A DNA stretch of 64,000 bases from positions 4,216,001 to 4,280,000 of the forward strand of contig NC_092672.1 of assembly GCF_964355755.1 (NCBI RefSeq), given 5' to 3'. The translations under genes were made by a program, and so were the position numbers. Shown piece after piece: positions 61,009 through 64,000 of this stretch; positions within the stretch are counted from its first letter, which is position 1; the number at the start of each line of letters is the position of its first letter. The DNA comes from Antedon mediterranea. Lineage: Eukaryota; Animalia; Echinodermata. The notes under the pieces are model-generated. The model had not been told where the DNA came from. It was given only the letters and a program-made list of their open reading frames with translations, and ran no database searches.

Positions 61009-63405
61009 TTATATTACTTGCAGAGCTTGAGACCAGTGATCTTCAGATGATTCTTCACCCTGTTTTAACATAAAAGAGTGCGTAATAATTAATGTAAGGA
61101 AAGAAATCAGTAGCAGTAGTTCAATACATGTACAGTATTATAAATGCAGCAGAGACTCCCATTGCCAATCAAATCAAATTTATTTCTGTATGTTAAGAAT
61201 GTTAAGTGGTTTGCTTCAATGCAAGGTAAACCCCAACCTGTCAAATGGTTCTTGATCATGTGGTCTGTCTAATTAAGTTGATCAAAGTGGCAGTGGGAAT
61301 GTACCATTTACCATAAATAAAAGCTACCAGGGAAGTAATTGCACTCTTCCCTGGAGGTATTACGTCACAAAAGAAAGAGGAAAAGAAGATTATTTACCAG
61401 CTCTTTGAAGGCATCATAGCAACCGTTCTTTTTCCTCACTAAATCTCCCCACAAAAGAACTTCCTTACAAGATGGACAGCTACCATCTATAGGGATCAAC
61501 TCATCAGTTTTATACAGGAAAGCATTGGCAAGGCAGGTCACATGGGCCACCATCGAACATCTGGGGTACAGGCACGACATTACATTATCTGTTGACTAAA
61601 TTAATGTGTCCTCATTATTTTATCTCAAATTATTGACAAATTTCTCTTTGTTTCAGCTGTCATATAAAGCTTGGTTCCCACTAGGACGCAAGCAAGTTGA
61701 CCAATCACACGTGACTGTTTGAATAATCCATCGCTTGAGATTGGTCAAGTTGTGTTGCATTGCGCCCTTGCGTTGGGTCCTAGTGGGAACCAAGCTTAAG
61801 TGTTTATACTTTAATTTTTCATGAAGGTGGTGTTCAAGTACTGTATATAGAATTACTACTATAGTATCTATACTGCTAAGTTCTGATGTATGACTCCTCT
61901 CTTTAAAAAAAACGCTTAAAAAATGAATTACTCACCTCCATTCGCTTAACACATATTTTACATCTGCTTTTCTGAATTGTTTGGCTGGCAAGATGCATGT
62001 CAGAATCTGCTTCACCTTCCTCAGACTTTTTTTTATTTTTTTTGCCTTTTTTCTTTGGACTTTGTGCAACCTAGTATAGTGTAATAAAAATGTATTACTG
62101 TATTAGAAGAAATTGAAACAAACATATATTTGATAGTTAATATTTAATTATTTAGACCAAGGCATATTATCACCCCAAAAAGTTTAGATCTTGTGCCAGG
62201 TATTTCTGTAACTTGGAAAAGATATAAATTAATATGTACATTATATATAATATATAACTTCAAAGGCAAATTACTGAAAAAAAATGACAATGCTGTGGGT
62301 ATCAGTGGCTGGATCTCAATAGAGATACAAAAAAAAGCGAAAAGCTAGATCAATATACATGAACCATACACTAAATTTGAACTTCACTGTTTAAATAACT
62401 TATTGTGTTAAATGCAAAATAATCTCATAATTTAGTTTAAAATAATAATAAAAAAACAAAACAAATATTAGTCTTACTTTGATGCTTTTGACCAGACCAT
62501 ATGCCATCGGCATATGTGCCGGGGGCTGTAAACCTTCGTTAAAATCGACCTGGTATTCCTGTTTCAACCAACGAATTGTCAACGGCAGACGACACCATGG
62601 TGCTGTTCTTAACATGTTACTTACAATACGGAATCGAAATTGGAATTGGTTCTCTTTTGTGGATTTGCCAGGGAGTGTTTTCAGTCGGCGTGAAGATTTT
62701 GGATGCTGCCATGCCCATTCAAACTGAAAAAAAATGAATGTAAATATATATTTCAAATTAAAACATATTTTTAATTAAGTTTGAAAATTTAAACTTATCA
62801 TAACAATTTTTACAGAAATTCTGGGTTGGAATTGGGAATGCAAAAAGTGAAAGCGAATGTTGCAGAGAGACCATACACCACCTACCCTCAATGCTGAAAT
62901 GTCATTTGGAAAACCATGGATTATTAACACCATTTGCCTGAAGGAAAAAAAAAGACATTTTATGATTATATTTTGTATAAACTTTAAATAATAGCAATGT
63001 TACTTTATATTTATCCTTGGTATAGATGAATATGCAAGCAATATTCTCTAACTATGCCGACACAAAGAGGAAAGGTTACCTATCAATAATGTACTAGCCT
63101 AGTATTACTAAGTACAGTAGTTGTTTTATCCTATAATTCACGTGTACATGTATGTTTCAAGTTAAGGTCTATTTACAGCAGGCCTAGTAGTAGTACTAGT
63201 AGTATTAGTAATTAATACTATCCTCTTCTTACCATGGTCCTTTGCCACTTGTACGTCTTGCTCCACCAAATTTAGACCCTTTATTATGTTGTTGGATTCT
63301 ACGACTTGGATTTACTGTATAACCAATATATGTGCGACCTTTATATTTGGGGTTTTCATTTTTTAATAGATAAACACCAAAGAAATGTTCTATTTCTTGT
63401 ACCAT
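61009..63405 (-). CDS. SLX1: Structure-specific endonuclease subunit SLX1 (GIY-YIG + RING-like), 284 aa, 6 exons
   Basis: [35 protein letters not shown]...CPSC...LLWGDLVR. Exons 63405-63233, 62937-62886, 62723-62478, 62070-61936, 61595-61398, 61059-61009; 855 nt. Confidence 0.95.
61668..61796. mobile_element. MITE family 1 in SLX1 intron 4
   Basis: Both TIRs; TAA on both sides. Confidence 0.88.
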
Positions 63406-63663
63406 CTTCACTACTCATCTTTTTTTCCAACTCCGTGTTTACTTCAATTTTAAAACATCGCCCCCTATCGACAACTCAATAATTTTGCCGTGTTTGGTTT
63501 AATTACTGTTAAATTATTTGTATCATTAATTTAAATACATTTTTAGAAAAATAAAAAGATTCAATTTACAAAATTATTTATTTACACATTTATAATATAC
63601 TTTGATTTACTGTTATGTTATTTCACTGACATCCTTATCAAACAGTTGTGAATAAGCCACAAG
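63406..63663. promoter_or_regulatory. Putative bidirectional promoter, SLX1/COQ5
   Basis: Start codons diverge 258 bp apart; YY1-like AAGATGGCTGC overlaps the COQ5 ATG. Confidence 0.7.
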
Positions 63664-63844
63664 ATGGCTGCGCCCATTGGATTTAAGTTTTCTCGGATTT
63701 TGAAAAATATTAATTCTATAAAACCATGCAAACCAAGGTGTTGTTTCACGACAGATTCAACAGGTACTAAAGAAAATGAAAGGCAGTCTTCAGATACACA
63801 TTTTGGGTTTCAGCGAGTATCCAAAAGTGAAAAAGAAGAGAAAG
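63664..63844 (+). CDS. COQ5: COQ5 ubiquinone-biosynthesis C-methyltransferase, first exon only (gene continues past the window)
   Basis: Mitochondrial-transit-like N-terminus, then THFGFQRVSKSEKEEK (UbiE/COQ5 N-terminal signature), followed by a GT donor at 63845. Confidence 0.85.
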
Positions 63845-64000
63845 GTTCGTATCGTTTTCGTAGGGCCTAGGCCTAAAATTATTATGAACTGTACAGTACG
63901 ATTGTCAGACGATCAGGCCCAGACCACCGGGCCCATTCCAAGACGACCGGGTACTACTAGCCTAGGCCTAAGTAGAGTAGCTCAGCTGTCACTGTACCGT

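Overview
AT-rich, intron-containing animal genomic DNA, probably a marine invertebrate (an echinoderm-like deuterostome is my guess). It is not prokaryotic and has no CRISPR, rRNA or clear tRNA genes. Genes reconstructed by hand from splice sites: a six-exon secreted protein with F-type lectin, LamG-like and PAN/apple domains (3307-7347, +); an intronless RASL10-like GTPase (16305-17048, +); an intact three-exon clan-2 cytochrome P450 (34437-36529, -); a tandem P450 pseudogene carrying a 5'-truncated LINE fused in frame to its exon 2 (37222-40295, -); LRRC43 (15 exons, +); and a compact block NLE1(-)/UQCR10(+)/SLX1(-)/COQ5(+, runs off the end) with two head-to-head promoters. The rest is non-autonomous DNA transposons (at least three PIF/Harbinger-type MITE families, a Kolobok-like TTAA element with a nested 5-bp-TSD element, a Ginger-like foldback, a Helentron-type element) and tandem repeats (32, 41, 51, 60, 90 and 113 bp). 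I found no convincing new multi-gene system. The best leads are the His-substituted P450 pair, the P450-RT fusion, the lectin architecture with a five-fold duplicated splice acceptor, a MITE family that sits next to splice donors, and apparent ancient linkage with human 12q24/17q12/22q12.
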